Assembly (NCBI GenBank): GCA_963700285.1
Contig: CAVOXA010000020.1
Span: forward strand, 1-39,524
DNA from: an uncultured Chloroflexia bacterium
Lineage (GTDB): Bacteria > Chloroflexota > Anaerolineae > JAAYZQ01
Direction of reading: 5' to 3'
Length of the DNA: 39,524 nt
Below the pieces are notes generated by a model. It did not search any database and was not told the DNA's origin. It saw nothing but the letters and a program-made list of their open reading frames with translations. Shown here one piece after another: positions 28,890-38,298 of this stretch (position 1 is the first letter of the stretch; each line of letters begins with the position of its first letter). The translations under genes were made by a program, and so were the position numbers.

Positions 28890-30557
28890 TCAGCGCTGGT
28901 ACCGGACCCGCCCGCCGATGATTGTATAGACGACCTCGGTGTCCAGGATTTCCTCATCCGGCACCTGCAGAAGGTCCTGGGAAAAAACAGTGATATCGGC
29001 CAGCTTGCCGGGCACCAGCGAGCCCTTGATTTCCTCCTCAAAGGCTGCGTAGGCATTGTTGACCGTGTAAGACGCCAGCGCTTGCTGGCGGGTCAGTCTT
29101 TGTTCGGGAAGAAAGACCGATCCATCGGCCATCTTGCGTGTGACTGTACAGTAAAGGTTGGCGATGGGGTCAATGTCCTCGACCGGTGGATCGGTGCCAT
29201 TCACCAGCACAGCGCCTGATTGGATCAGTGTCTGGTATTGGTAACCCCGCTCCCGGGTCCGCTCCTCGCCGAGCCGGTCCACCACCCAGGGGCCATCGGA
29301 AGTGGCAAAGACACCGCGGACCGAGGCCATGACGCCAAGCTGGGCGTAGCGAGGCAGATCATCGGGGTGGATGACCTGGGAGTGCTCGATGCGCCACCGA
29401 AAGTCGCCCTTGTCCGGGTTCCGGGTGAAATTCTCCTCATAAATGTCCAGCAGCTCTCGGATAGCCCGGTCGCCGATGCCCTGGATGGCCATCTGATAGT
29501 CATGTTCGACGGCCAACTCGGCAGAGCGCCGGATGTCGGGTACGGGTGTGACATTGAATCCCGTACTCTCTGGCATATCGCTATAGGGCTCCAGCAGCCA
29601 GCCACCGTGGACGCCCAACGCCCCATCTAGCACCTTTTCGCCAATGGTGCGCACCGTCAGGTAGCCGTTCCCATGGCCCACCATCCGGAAGTCTGGCAAT
29701 CTACCCTCCAGGGCGGCGGCGGGTTCCTGGATGCAGACATAGAGCCGCAGTGGCAGATTGCCCTCCCCGGCCAGCTTTTTCAGAAAATCGATGGTCTCAA
29801 AGCTCTCCCCCATGTCGTGAAAGCTGGTGATGCCTTTGGAGATGGCCTCCTCCCCGGCAAGCGCTACCTGGCGGCGCATCTCGGCCTCCACCACCTCCAG
29901 CGGGCGCCGGGCGCGGGAGGCAGCCAGCGCCTCCCGCGCCGGAAACTGGGCGGTCTCGCGCAGCATCCCGGTAGGCTGGCCCGTGCTGTCCCGAACGATC
30001 ACTCCCCCTGCCGGATCCGGGGTTCCCGGTCCCAGGCCAGCCTCTTCCAGGCCCCGGGCATTGACAAAGACGCCATGGCCGCTGACGTGGATCAGGATGA
30101 CCGGATTCCGCGGGCTGATGGCGCTGAGGCTCTGGTGGGTGGGCATCCCCTCCACGCTGGGCGACGGCGCATGATCCCACCAGTCCTGGTGCCAGCCCCG
30201 GCCCATGATCCAATCGCCGGGCTGGGCCTCGCGCGCAGCCTCCGCCACCAGGTCCACGACCTCGCCCCAGGAGCGGGTGGCCCGCAGGTCGAGGTTCATC
30301 AGAGACTCGCCCAGACTCATATAGTGGCCGTGCCCGTCGATCAATCCGGGCACGGCAAGCTGCCCCCGCAGGTCGATGACCCGGCTATTGGGGCCAATGT
30401 AGGGCTCGATCTCGCTGTTGCTGCCGACGGCCAGGATGATCTCTCCCTTGGCGGCCAGGGCCTCTGCCTGGGGAGTGGTCGGGTCCATGGTGACGATCTT
30501 GCCGCCATGGAGCACAAGATCGGCTGATTCTTTGCCTGCTGTGTGGTTGTCTGTCAT
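28890..30557 (-). CDS. Amidohydrolase_3 (YtcJ-like) family protein
   Basis: PGLIDGHGH, GRGW, DGALG, WRIEHSQ, GSLVPGKLAD. RBS GAGGAGG. Confidence 0.9.
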   Translation of the reverse strand: MTDNHTAGKESADLVLHGGKIVTMDPTTPQAEALAAKGEIILAVGSNSEIEPYIGPNSRVIDLRGQLAVPGLIDGHGHYMSLGESLMNLDLRATRSWGEVVDLVAEAAREAQPGDWIMGRGWHQDWWDHAPSPSVEGMPTHQSLSAISPRNPVILIHVSGHGVFVNARGLEEAGLGPGTPDPAGGVIVRDSTGQPTGMLRETAQFPAREALAASRARRPLEVVEAEMRRQVALAGEEAISKGITSFHDMGESFETIDFLKKLAGEGNLPLRLYVCIQEPAAALEGRLPDFRMVGHGNGYLTVRTIGEKVLDGALGVHGGWLLEPYSDMPESTGFNVTPVPDIRRSAELAVEHDYQMAIQGIGDRAIRELLDIYEENFTRNPDKGDFRWRIEHSQVIHPDDLPRYAQLGVMASVRGVFATSDGPWVVDRLGEERTRERGYQYQTLIQSGAVLVNGTDPPVEDIDPIANLYCTVTRKMADGSVFLPEQRLTRQQALASYTVNNAYAAFEEEIKGSLVPGKLADITVFSQDLLQVPDEEILDTEVVYTIIGGRVRYQR

Positions 30558-30923
30558 GAACTGCCTCCTCAGTTGAGCGACATTGCGGTTCTGAAGCCGG
30601 GACGGCATCAAGGCCGTGGATCCCCGTTTCATGCCAATGAGCCCCATACGCGAGCCGGTAAGTCCTTGGTAAGGATACTATAGGTGTTTCCGAAAGTCAA
30701 GCACGATGGGATTGGGCTGGCCCGCTTCTGGCCTCTACGTCCCAGCTCAGGCTTCTGGGCGGCGATTGCGCTCAGAGCGCTGTTGTGATAGAATGAACGG
30801 GCATCCAGTACATGCAGAGCACATGACATGGTCGCGTATGAGGCTCTCGGGGACAGCACACCTGTTCACCGCGCGGCCAAACATGTGTCCGCCGGCCTGA
30901 ACGGGCGGGGGAGGTAGGGAAGA

Positions 30924-31808
30924 ATGACATGCCAGGGCAGGTTTGAGAGGCTCGTCCGTTCAGCCTGGCTCCACAACGCGATCCATGGTAGACTGCCGGC
31001 GTCCTATCCTGAGAAAGGACTTGTCGTCTTTGAAGTTGGCGACAGGGGACAGACGGAATATGCCCTTGGCCATGTCCCCGGTGCCCTGTACCTGGACACA
31101 AACGTGCTCGAAACCTCTCCACTGTGGAACCGAGTTTCAGATCAGGAACTGGAAGCGGCGATGCTGGCTCACGGGGTGTCGCATGACACCCCCGTTGTGC
31201 TGTACGGCCGGGACACAAGAGCCGCTGCTCGTGCTGCCGTCATCATGATGTACGCCGGGGTCGAGGACGTGCGGCTACTGGATGGCGGCTACCAGGCATG
31301 GAGAGCTGCCGGCTACGAAGTAGAGGCGGGAACCCGGCAACCGGTGCCCGTCGAATCGTTCGGCTGTGACGTCCCGGCCCACCCGGAGTATATCATCGAC
31401 ATCGATGAGGTCCGGGCCATCCTGACCAGTGACGAGGCCGTACTGGTCAGCATACGAAGCTGGGTGGAATATACCGGCCAGATCAGCGGCTATGACCGTC
31501 TCGAGGCTCGCGGCCGCATTGCCGGCGCCCTGTGGGGCCACGCGGGCTCGACGCCAGATCAGATGGATCATTTCCGGCGGGCCGACAATACCATGCGCAG
31601 TCCTGGCGAGATCGAGGCCAACTGGCGGGCGTGGGGCATCACACCGGAGAAACGGATTGCCTTCTACTGTGGCACAGGCTGGCGGGCCAGCGAGGCGTTT
31701 TTTTACGCCTACGTGCTGGGTTGGGAACGCATCTCGGTCTATGATGGCGGCTGGAGTGAGTGGAGCGCGGATCCGGCTAACCCCGTAGACACCGGAGAAC
31801 CAACCTAA
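30924..31808 (+). CDS. Tandem rhodanese sulfurtransferase with YnjE-type active loop
   Basis: GHVPGA, LLDGG, GRIAGA, FYCGTGWRAS, YDGGWSEW. Confidence 0.88.
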   Translation: MTCQGRFERLVRSAWLHNAIHGRLPASYPEKGLVVFEVGDRGQTEYALGHVPGALYLDTNVLETSPLWNRVSDQELEAAMLAHGVSHDTPVVLYGRDTRAAARAAVIMMYAGVEDVRLLDGGYQAWRAAGYEVEAGTRQPVPVESFGCDVPAHPEYIIDIDEVRAILTSDEAVLVSIRSWVEYTGQISGYDRLEARGRIAGALWGHAGSTPDQMDHFRRADNTMRSPGEIEANWRAWGITPEKRIAFYCGTGWRASEAFFYAYVLGWERISVYDGGWSEWSADPANPVDTGEPT

Positions 31809-31833
31809 AAAGCCCCTGGCGCACGCCAGAGGC

Positions 31834-32349
31834 TCACCTTTTCCCTTCCTGCGCCGAATGGTGGATCTGATCGCCTGGTTCTCCTGCTCTCCCCTGGCGC
31901 TCCGCTCCAGAGAGCATGTTGACCCAAGCTGACCTTCCTTCGAGGCGCCAGTCGACCGCCGGCTGCAGGTCCAAGATGCCCTGGCCATAGAGCGGCATCT
32001 TGCGCGACCGCTTGTAGGCATCGGTCCAAATGCAGCGCCTCTCGGGATAGACCTCGCAGTAGCCGCCAGGACGTACCCCGCCGCACGGTCCATTCCGCAG
32101 CAGCTTGGGACAGGTCATGGGACAGGTCATGCCCGTCAGGCGCAGGATGCACTGGCCGCACATCCGGCAGTCAAAGATCGCCTCTTTGCTCACCCTCTCC
32201 AGAGGTAGGATGAGGCGCTCCACGCGCCCATAACCCAGCCGGGCGAGGAGCGGCTGGAAAAGCCCAAAGAGCCCTTCGGTCGCCCTGTAGGCCCATTCCA
32301 GGGGCCGGGGATGGGCCTGGATCCATCGTCTGACACCCATGCTGTCCAC
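31834..32349 (-). CDS. MTHFR C-terminal domain (MetV-like) Cys-rich protein
   Basis: FDCRMCGQC....GMTCPMTCPKLLRNGPCGG...G.CEV.P...CIW. Confidence 0.85.
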   Translation of the reverse strand: MDSMGVRRWIQAHPRPLEWAYRATEGLFGLFQPLLARLGYGRVERLILPLERVSKEAIFDCRMCGQCILRLTGMTCPMTCPKLLRNGPCGGVRPGGYCEVYPERRCIWTDAYKRSRKMPLYGQGILDLQPAVDWRLEGRSAWVNMLSGAERQGRAGEPGDQIHHSAQEGKR

Positions 32350-32424
32350 CTAGCGGCGAGGCGTGCCGGTCTCCTGAGGAGCACTGTCTTGCCTGAGCGT
32401 GGATCACCCTCAGGTGTTACGGTC

Positions 32425-33243
32425 TCAGTCTCGAACCACGCAGACCTTTTCCGCCCCTCGGTCGAAAAAGTAGCCAGAGCCGCCCTCGCTGACAACCTGC
32501 AGCATCAGCCTGCCATCCAGCACCCGGATCCCGCCCAACACATCTACGCCCCGCTCAAAGAAAGTCGGCGGCCAGGGCGAGGCTGTCGGTCCGGCCAGAA
32601 CGACCCGGCGTGCATTCCCCGCGGCTTCCAGCAGGGTGTCGATGCCGCCCTCTACCAGCGACGAACCGGTCATGATCACCACACTGGCCTGGCTGATCAC
32701 TTCTATCGCATTCTCCGGTGACCTCCAGAAGGGCAGCTCGTCCGGTTTCAGGGCTTCTGGGTGTTTGTCCACCACCCACAGATCGGCAACCTGGCCCTTT
32801 AGCGCTTTGATGAAGGGGATGAATCCGCCCAGCATGGCCACCCGGTCGTCAGGTAAGACACCGGCGGCTTCCAGTGCATCCATGCCGGGGATCAGTGTCC
32901 CGCCGGGCACGGCATGCTCTTCCATGGCCAGGGCTGAGAGGGCGTTGAGCACGGCAATGCCCGCCGCCCGCCGCAAGGGGACCGGCGACCAGGCATACTC
33001 GGCCAGAGCCCAGGCGTCCTGCCCGGCCAGGTTGCCGGCCGGCGGCGCGGCCGATGCCGACCGGGGGCAGCAGACCGTGTCGGTCAGCCCGCGCGGGGTA
33101 AAGGCCACTCCCGTGTGTCCGCTGGAGAGCTGCGCCGCTGTATAAAAGACGCCGAGCCGTACGTCAGAAACCGTGAGGGATGCCCCATCCAGTACCTGGG
33201 CCAGATCTTTCTGCCAAGCCTTGACTACATTCATTCCTGTCAC
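32425..33243 (-). CDS. DUF364 family (enolase-N + Rossmann-like) protein
   Basis: VRLGVFYTA, GIAVLNAL, VAMLGGFIP, MTGSSLV, LAGPTA, GVDVLGG. Confidence 0.8.
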   Translation of the reverse strand: MTGMNVVKAWQKDLAQVLDGASLTVSDVRLGVFYTAAQLSSGHTGVAFTPRGLTDTVCCPRSASAAPPAGNLAGQDAWALAEYAWSPVPLRRAAGIAVLNALSALAMEEHAVPGGTLIPGMDALEAAGVLPDDRVAMLGGFIPFIKALKGQVADLWVVDKHPEALKPDELPFWRSPENAIEVISQASVVIMTGSSLVEGGIDTLLEAAGNARRVVLAGPTASPWPPTFFERGVDVLGGIRVLDGRLMLQVVSEGGSGYFFDRGAEKVCVVRD

Positions 33244-33391
33244 CTCATACCATTAAGGGTAGGGATACGCATGTTCTCCAGGCCGGGAGGAGTCAGGCCC
33301 GGCCTGGAGAATCAGAGTTGTTGCCGGAATCATCAGCCCGGGTGTCCAGCGCGGAGGCCAAGCCACCGCAGAGGGTCCGGGAACATGTACG

Positions 33392-35035
33392 CTACGCGCT
33401 CGCTGGTACTGGCTCCTGTTTGGTCAGCCAGCGCTCGGGAACGAACAAGGAGACTACGTTGCGCAAGCCCACGGTACCGATGAGGTTGACCAGAAAGGCC
33501 AGAAAGCCGACCGAGACCAGCACGCCGCCGATGATGGCCACCAGCGTGTAGGCCTGAAACTCGCCCCCCAGATAGAAAGTGCGCCGCAGCATGCCTTTGG
33601 AGCCGGCCATACCCATGGCGTAGGCCATAACTACCGAACCCACCATCCACAACCAGAAATGGATGTTGATCAAGGCATTGCTGCGGAACTCCAGTCTGGT
33701 AAGCATCGGCACCAGGGCGTACAGCACCGAGAACAGCATCGTCCCCACACCCGTGATGAGAAAGGTGTGGGCGTGGAGGGCGACGATCCACTGCGTGTTG
33801 TGGAACACCAGGTTCAGCCCGACGTTGGCCTGAAGCAGGCCCGCCGTACCGCCCATGATGAAGCCGAACATCGAGCCCAGAACGAACTTGAGGGCGGGCG
33901 TCATCTTGACCGGCCGGGCCAGCCAAATGGTCATCATTGAGGCAAAGATGGTCAGGCCCATGGTAAAGAACTCGCCCCAAGTGATGATCTGCCCGGAGAG
34001 AATTCGCATTGCCATCGGCTGCGAGGTGTCACCCAGCAAGTGGTGGCTCCAGACAGCCATGGAAACCAGCAGGTCGACCATGATCACGGTCTTGACCACG
34101 TTGGCCCCAAAGAGCCGGCGCCCCGTCAGCAGTGGGATGAGCAGATACCACACTCCGGCGGTATAGATCAGGGCGTTGCCATCAGCCACCATGTCCAGGC
34201 CCCACCAGTACCAGTTCTTGTAGAGCAGGGCGTCTACCCAAGCCGGGTTGAGGTTCACGCCAAACAGGGCAAAGAGACCATAGACCAGGATCAGCGCCCC
34301 AGCAGTGAGCAGTACAAAGGCGTTGATGACCGTGTCGACCGAGCCCCGGCCCACGGCTACGATAAAGACCGGCAACCCGTTATAGTCCAGGTTCGGTGCG
34401 TTCTTGTCCTCCTTACCAAACAGCTTCATCAGCCGTGGGATGCCATAGGCGGAGCGCAGAAACTGAGGAAAGGTGTAGGAGTGGGGGTTGCTTTTGCTGA
34501 GCACGGTGCTGAACAGGTTGTACGAGAAGATGAGGATGTTGACCATGACGATGGCCGCGCCGAGCATAAAGAGGATGCTGCCCACTAGCGGCACCCGGTC
34601 GTAGCTCACAGGCAGTGGCCAGTAGAGGGTGTAAAGGGCATTGAACAGGGCAAAAAAGCCGGCGCTCCAGCAGATCATGACACCAGTGATCTGCAGCCAA
34701 AAGTTGACCGGTACTAATTTCTTGTATTTGATCGGCTTGTCCAGCAGGTAGGGCACCAGGAAGTAAAAGGCGCCAAAGACTGCCATGTAGATGAAGCCAT
34801 AGATGCCGACAATAGGGTGGGCCGTCAGCATCGAATAGTAGAGCTGCGGCGTCGACGGGTCCTGAATGCCTGGACGGACAAGGTTGAGGGCCGCCTCCAT
34901 GCCGTGCAGGGCGTTGATGTCGTACAATTGGGTGCGCATCAGCATGCCCTCAAAGCCAGACAGAGCCAGGAACAGCAGGCCCACGACGGCAAAGCGCAGC
35001 GTCCATTTCTCGGTCCAACCAAGTTGCGTTGTCAT
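33392..35035 (-). CDS. Heme-copper oxidase superfamily subunit I, putative gNOR-type nitric oxide reductase
   Basis: About 12 TM helices. Has the helix II His (TAHP), WSHH and LHAH. Helix VI reads WWGLDMVADG instead of WxxGHPxVY. Clustered with nirS. Confidence 0.75.
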   Translation of the reverse strand: MTTQLGWTEKWTLRFAVVGLLFLALSGFEGMLMRTQLYDINALHGMEAALNLVRPGIQDPSTPQLYYSMLTAHPIVGIYGFIYMAVFGAFYFLVPYLLDKPIKYKKLVPVNFWLQITGVMICWSAGFFALFNALYTLYWPLPVSYDRVPLVGSILFMLGAAIVMVNILIFSYNLFSTVLSKSNPHSYTFPQFLRSAYGIPRLMKLFGKEDKNAPNLDYNGLPVFIVAVGRGSVDTVINAFVLLTAGALILVYGLFALFGVNLNPAWVDALLYKNWYWWGLDMVADGNALIYTAGVWYLLIPLLTGRRLFGANVVKTVIMVDLLVSMAVWSHHLLGDTSQPMAMRILSGQIITWGEFFTMGLTIFASMMTIWLARPVKMTPALKFVLGSMFGFIMGGTAGLLQANVGLNLVFHNTQWIVALHAHTFLITGVGTMLFSVLYALVPMLTRLEFRSNALINIHFWLWMVGSVVMAYAMGMAGSKGMLRRTFYLGGEFQAYTLVAIIGGVLVSVGFLAFLVNLIGTVGLRNVVSLFVPERWLTKQEPVPASA

Positions 35036-35047
35036 GTCGTCACCTCC

Positions 35048-35470
35048 TCATTGAGTCACGCGAATGGCGTCTGCATAGTACATCTCGGAATGCCGGGGGC
35101 CCGAATATTCGGTGGAGCGCACGTCATAGTTGCCCAGAGCGTCAAACTTCCACAGGATGGTATTCTCGCGACCGGGAAGGACCTGCATCTGAAAGACCAT
35201 CGAGTTGTCGGGCCGGAATACGCCAAACCCATAGGTCACGTCGGCGGACACGGCCGCAAACTCAACGTACTCGCCAGCTTTGACCTCGATTCCCCCCTCC
35301 GGCAGCAGGATCTGGTAATCCTTGTACTCGATGGAGAAGCGCTGATCCGGCTCAGGACTCGACCAGAGCAGCCATTTCTGCCAGGGGATGATGGGTGATA
35401 AGGTGACGACGTTGAACACCAAGAACACAGCAATGAGAAAATAGAGCCAACGTCTCTCTCTGGAGTCCAT
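35048..35470 (-). CDS. Heme-copper oxidase subunit II-like cupredoxin lacking CuA ligands
   Basis: One TM helix. DVTYGF in place of DVxHGF, and STEYSGPRHSEM in place of CxEYCGxxHxxM. Confidence 0.8.
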   Translation of the reverse strand: MDSRERRWLYFLIAVFLVFNVVTLSPIIPWQKWLLWSSPEPDQRFSIEYKDYQILLPEGGIEVKAGEYVEFAAVSADVTYGFGVFRPDNSMVFQMQVLPGRENTILWKFDALGNYDVRSTEYSGPRHSEMYYADAIRVTQ

Positions 35471-35471
35471 G

Positions 35472-35576
35472 CTAGTCTCCTTTCTCCCGCACCTTTGCAG
35501 CGAATATGAGCATGAACACAGCCAGGGCTATCACAAAGATCGTATAGCCCCACCACACGATTTCGGTGATATACAT
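35472..35576 (-). CDS. 34-aa single-TM peptide (subunit IIa-like), not in the ORF track
   Basis: Strong RBS AGGAGGAGGT. MYITEIVWWGYTIFVIALAVFMLIFAAKVREKGD*, with the stop 1 nt before the subunit II start. Confidence 0.75.
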   Translation of the reverse strand: MYITEIVWWGYTIFVIALAVFMLIFAAKVREKGD

Positions 35577-35712
35577 GGTAACCTCCTCCTCGTAGAGCAA
35601 CGTCATTGTTTTTTCGCTACGTAGCGTTACTTCTGTGGACTGGTACCTTCAGGCTATCGTCCGATATACTCCTCCTTTCTGCTATCCCAGCTCAGCTCTC
35701 TCTAACTTGCAC

Positions 35713-36099
35713 TCACCTGTCTTCGGATGCGCCCGCAGCCACGCGAGCCGAAGGGTCCCCAGCTTTCTCAGGACGGGACGGCTCCTGCCGCCGTCCATCG
35801 AACAGGTGCCACAAGGCCATCTTGGGATGGCGGTAGAGCATGCGAGGGCCGGCGTAGCGCATCACGGCCCTGATCTCTTGCCTGGTGTCCTGCTTGTAAC
35901 AATGTACCGGGCACTTGGCGCAGGTCGGCTTGCCCTCCTGGAAGGGACATTTCTGCAGGCGCTGCCGGGCATATACCCGCAGCGCCTCGCAGGAGGGACA
36001 CAGGCCCATGCCCGTCCCGTGTCGCTGATGACAGTAGATGTCGATCATGGCCTCGACCGTTCTGCGTTCTCTCTCTATCCTTGGGTGAGTATGGATCAT
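35713..36099 (-). CDS. YgbA / nitrous-oxide-stimulated promoter family Cys-rich protein
   Basis: RE..TV.AMI.IYC..H...LCPSC..L..YA..RL.KCPF...KPTCAKCPVHCY...MRYAGPRM...HP. Confidence 0.88.
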   Translation of the reverse strand: MIHTHPRIERERRTVEAMIDIYCHQRHGTGMGLCPSCEALRVYARQRLQKCPFQEGKPTCAKCPVHCYKQDTRQEIRAVMRYAGPRMLYRHPKMALWHLFDGRRQEPSRPEKAGDPSARVAAGASEDR

Positions 36100-36166
36100 G
36101 GTCTAGTTCGCGCCCTTTGCGGATCTCCGCCCAGCACCTGCTTCAATGTGGCGGATAGGTATCTCT

Positions 36167-36208
36167 ATTATACCACACATTCCTTGCAAACTGTATGACA
36201 CATATCAT
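36167..36208 (-). promoter_or_regulatory. Class II Crp/Fnr-type promoter of the ygbA-like/NOR operon
   Basis: Box ATGAT-ATGT-GTCAT (36208-36195) and -10 TATAAT (36172-36167). Box centre at about -41.5. Confidence 0.75.
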
Positions 36209-36251
36209 GAACCAGGTCACACGGCCTGGCGCCGAGGGCCTGGTTCATGAC
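36205..36251 (-). terminator. Hairpin downstream of nirS
   Basis: TCATGAACCAGG / CCTGGTTCATGA inverted repeat. No clear U-tract. Confidence 0.45.
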
Positions 36252-36285
36252 GAATGTGTTCTGACGTGCTCAGCCTTGGACTTTT

Positions 36286-38139
36286 CTAGTGCCCAAGCGT
36301 CTCATCCCGCCGCGACGTGTTAAAGATTCCGGTAGGTGTCTTCAGATCTCCCAACTCGGCCACCTTTTCAAGGGTCTTGGCATCGTAGACCCGTACCGTA
36401 TTCCCCAGCCAGTCGCTAACATAGACAAACTGCCCATCGGCCGTGAACTCGGGGTGCAAGGTCTGCACGCCGTCGTCGATGACCTTGACCACCTCAAAGG
36501 TCTCCGCGTCAAAGACGTATATGCGGTTGGGCGGATCGCCAAAGAGCGTATCAGCCCAGACGTAGGGGCTCTCGTGGTGGCTGCGGATGAACAGTCCCGG
36601 ACCGGAAGTCTCGATCTCGGACACGATCTCGTTGTTCGAGAGGTCCCAGGCGGTAATCTTGCCCTCCCCGGCGTGGGTCGTTGCCCCGTAGGTCTTGCCG
36701 TTGGCCTCCCAGGCGGCGCCGGAGCCGGGGTGGGGTGTATCGCCGGTGGGGATTTTTGTCACCAGATCCCAATTCTCCACGTCGATGACGGCCATCCAGT
36801 TGTCGACTTGCGAGGCGATGTAGAAGAACTTGTTGTCGGGGCTCAGGAAACCGTCATGAAGGATGTTGCCCACGTTCTCGACCTTGTCGATGGGGAAATC
36901 AGGCTTGGAATAGTCAATGCGCCACATCTGGCCCGCTTCCTTCAGCGCCAGAATAAAATAGGGCCCGACCTTGTCCGGCGATACATCGGAGGTGATGCAC
37001 ACCCGGGAAGCGACGAATTCGCCCTGGGGATTGTTTCCCTCGGTGGTAATAACCTTCAGCGGTTCCAGGCTAGCCGTGTTGAGAATGACGGCGCTGTTGG
37101 GGATATAGTTGCCGACGATGACGTACTGGCCGTCGTCAGAAATGGCTAGCCCCCGGGAGTCCAGACCGACCCGGACCTGGGTCACCGCCTGGAGGGTATT
37201 GAGGTCAATCTTGAACAGCCAGCCGTCGCGGCCAACGTTGTAGGCCCAGCGTTTGTCGGTGGGATCGAAGGCGTAGCCGTGAGCGCGGTAGCTGGCCGGC
37301 ACGTGGGCCAGCAGGCGGTGGGTGTCGCCATCAAAGACGGCGATGGAGCGAGCCTCCCGCTCGGTAACCAGCATCAGGTTATCCAGGTTGCCATCGTGAG
37401 TAGGCTGGTCGGGCAAACTGGCCTCATCGACCAGGACCTGGCGACTGGCCGCGATCTGGTCCATCTCCCACTTGACCGACTCGGCTGAGGGCTCGCTGCG
37501 GATATAGCCCACCAGCGCCCAGATTTCCTCGTCGGTCATGCCGGTTGGCCCCCAGGCAGGCATGACAGTGCCCGGTCTGCCAGCCTTGATGATGTCAAAA
37601 TAAAAGTCGTCGTCTGACCCCAGGCGGCCGGGGATGAGGGCCGGACCCGTCGCACCCTCACGGTTCGGTCCGTGGCAGCCGCTGCAGCTATCCCGAAAGG
37701 CGGCGTCCACAGCTTTGCCCTCAAAGAGAGCCGGCGCCACCGCGCCCCCAGAGAGTACGATGACCACCCCTTCCATGTCAGGATGGTTGTTGCATTGGTA
37801 GCGAAGGGTACCCGGCTTGTCGAACTGGTGGTCAAAACTGTCGCCAGGGGCGAGCTGGCCGGAATCGAACCAGCCACCGCTGCTGGTGACTGTGTGGGCC
37901 ACGCTGTCGTCATTCTGCCAGGTGACGGTGGCCCCCGTGGCCACGACGAGTGTGTGCGGTTGGAATGCATGGTCGGCGATGGTGACCGCCGCCTCTGTAA
38001 CACCAGCTACGCTGGCTGCGGGCTCGGTCACAAGATTCTGCGGAAGGGGCGTCGGCTCTTCGTCTGGTCCTGGTGCGCTGCAAGCAGTCAGGATCAGGGC
38101 CACTGCAAGAATCAAAGACAGGGTCAGTTTATTTCCCAT
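36286..38139 (-). CDS. nirS: Cytochrome cd1 nitrite reductase, lipoprotein with N-terminal type-1 copper (cupredoxin) domain
   Basis: Lipobox LTAC. Cupredoxin ligands H..CNNHPDM. Heme c CSGCH with MPAWG. d1 propeller with YRAH, ILHDG and PHPGSG histidines. Confidence 0.88.
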   Translation of the reverse strand: MGNKLTLSLILAVALILTACSAPGPDEEPTPLPQNLVTEPAASVAGVTEAAVTIADHAFQPHTLVVATGATVTWQNDDSVAHTVTSSGGWFDSGQLAPGDSFDHQFDKPGTLRYQCNNHPDMEGVVIVLSGGAVAPALFEGKAVDAAFRDSCSGCHGPNREGATGPALIPGRLGSDDDFYFDIIKAGRPGTVMPAWGPTGMTDEEIWALVGYIRSEPSAESVKWEMDQIAASRQVLVDEASLPDQPTHDGNLDNLMLVTEREARSIAVFDGDTHRLLAHVPASYRAHGYAFDPTDKRWAYNVGRDGWLFKIDLNTLQAVTQVRVGLDSRGLAISDDGQYVIVGNYIPNSAVILNTASLEPLKVITTEGNNPQGEFVASRVCITSDVSPDKVGPYFILALKEAGQMWRIDYSKPDFPIDKVENVGNILHDGFLSPDNKFFYIASQVDNWMAVIDVENWDLVTKIPTGDTPHPGSGAAWEANGKTYGATTHAGEGKITAWDLSNNEIVSEIETSGPGLFIRSHHESPYVWADTLFGDPPNRIYVFDAETFEVVKVIDDGVQTLHPEFTADGQFVYVSDWLGNTVRVYDAKTLEKVAELGDLKTPTGIFNTSRRDETLGH

Positions 38140-38198
38140 GTTGACCTCTCTTCCCGCTCTGCGGGCATTCCTGGACGAAAACCGGATATATTAGTCCA

Positions 38199-38240
38199 AT
38201 TTTACCATGGAACAGGTACCGTGGGTATGACAAAGATCAT
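38199..38240 (-). promoter_or_regulatory. Class II Crp/Fnr-type promoter of nirS
   Basis: Box ATGAT-CTTT-GTCAT (38240-38227) and -10 TAAAAT (38204-38199). Same spacing as at 36.2 kb. Confidence 0.75.
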
Positions 38241-38241
38241 G

Positions 38242-38274
38242 AAAAGGCGCGCCTGTTGACAGGCGCGCCCCTTT
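38242..38274 (-). terminator. Intrinsic terminator after the DUF1858 genes
   Basis: GGCGCGCCTGT / ACAGGCGCGCC stem, followed by TTTT on the minus strand. Confidence 0.75.
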
Positions 38275-38298
38275 CCAGAAATCGAGCTAGGATCTATT

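Noticed and set aside
33392-35035. Ordinary ba3/cbb3 oxygen reductase, or a decayed oxidase
   Set aside because: It lacks the helix VI His ligand, while the ORF is intact and the CuA ligands in subunit II are substituted in a coordinated way. This fits a specialised NOR better.
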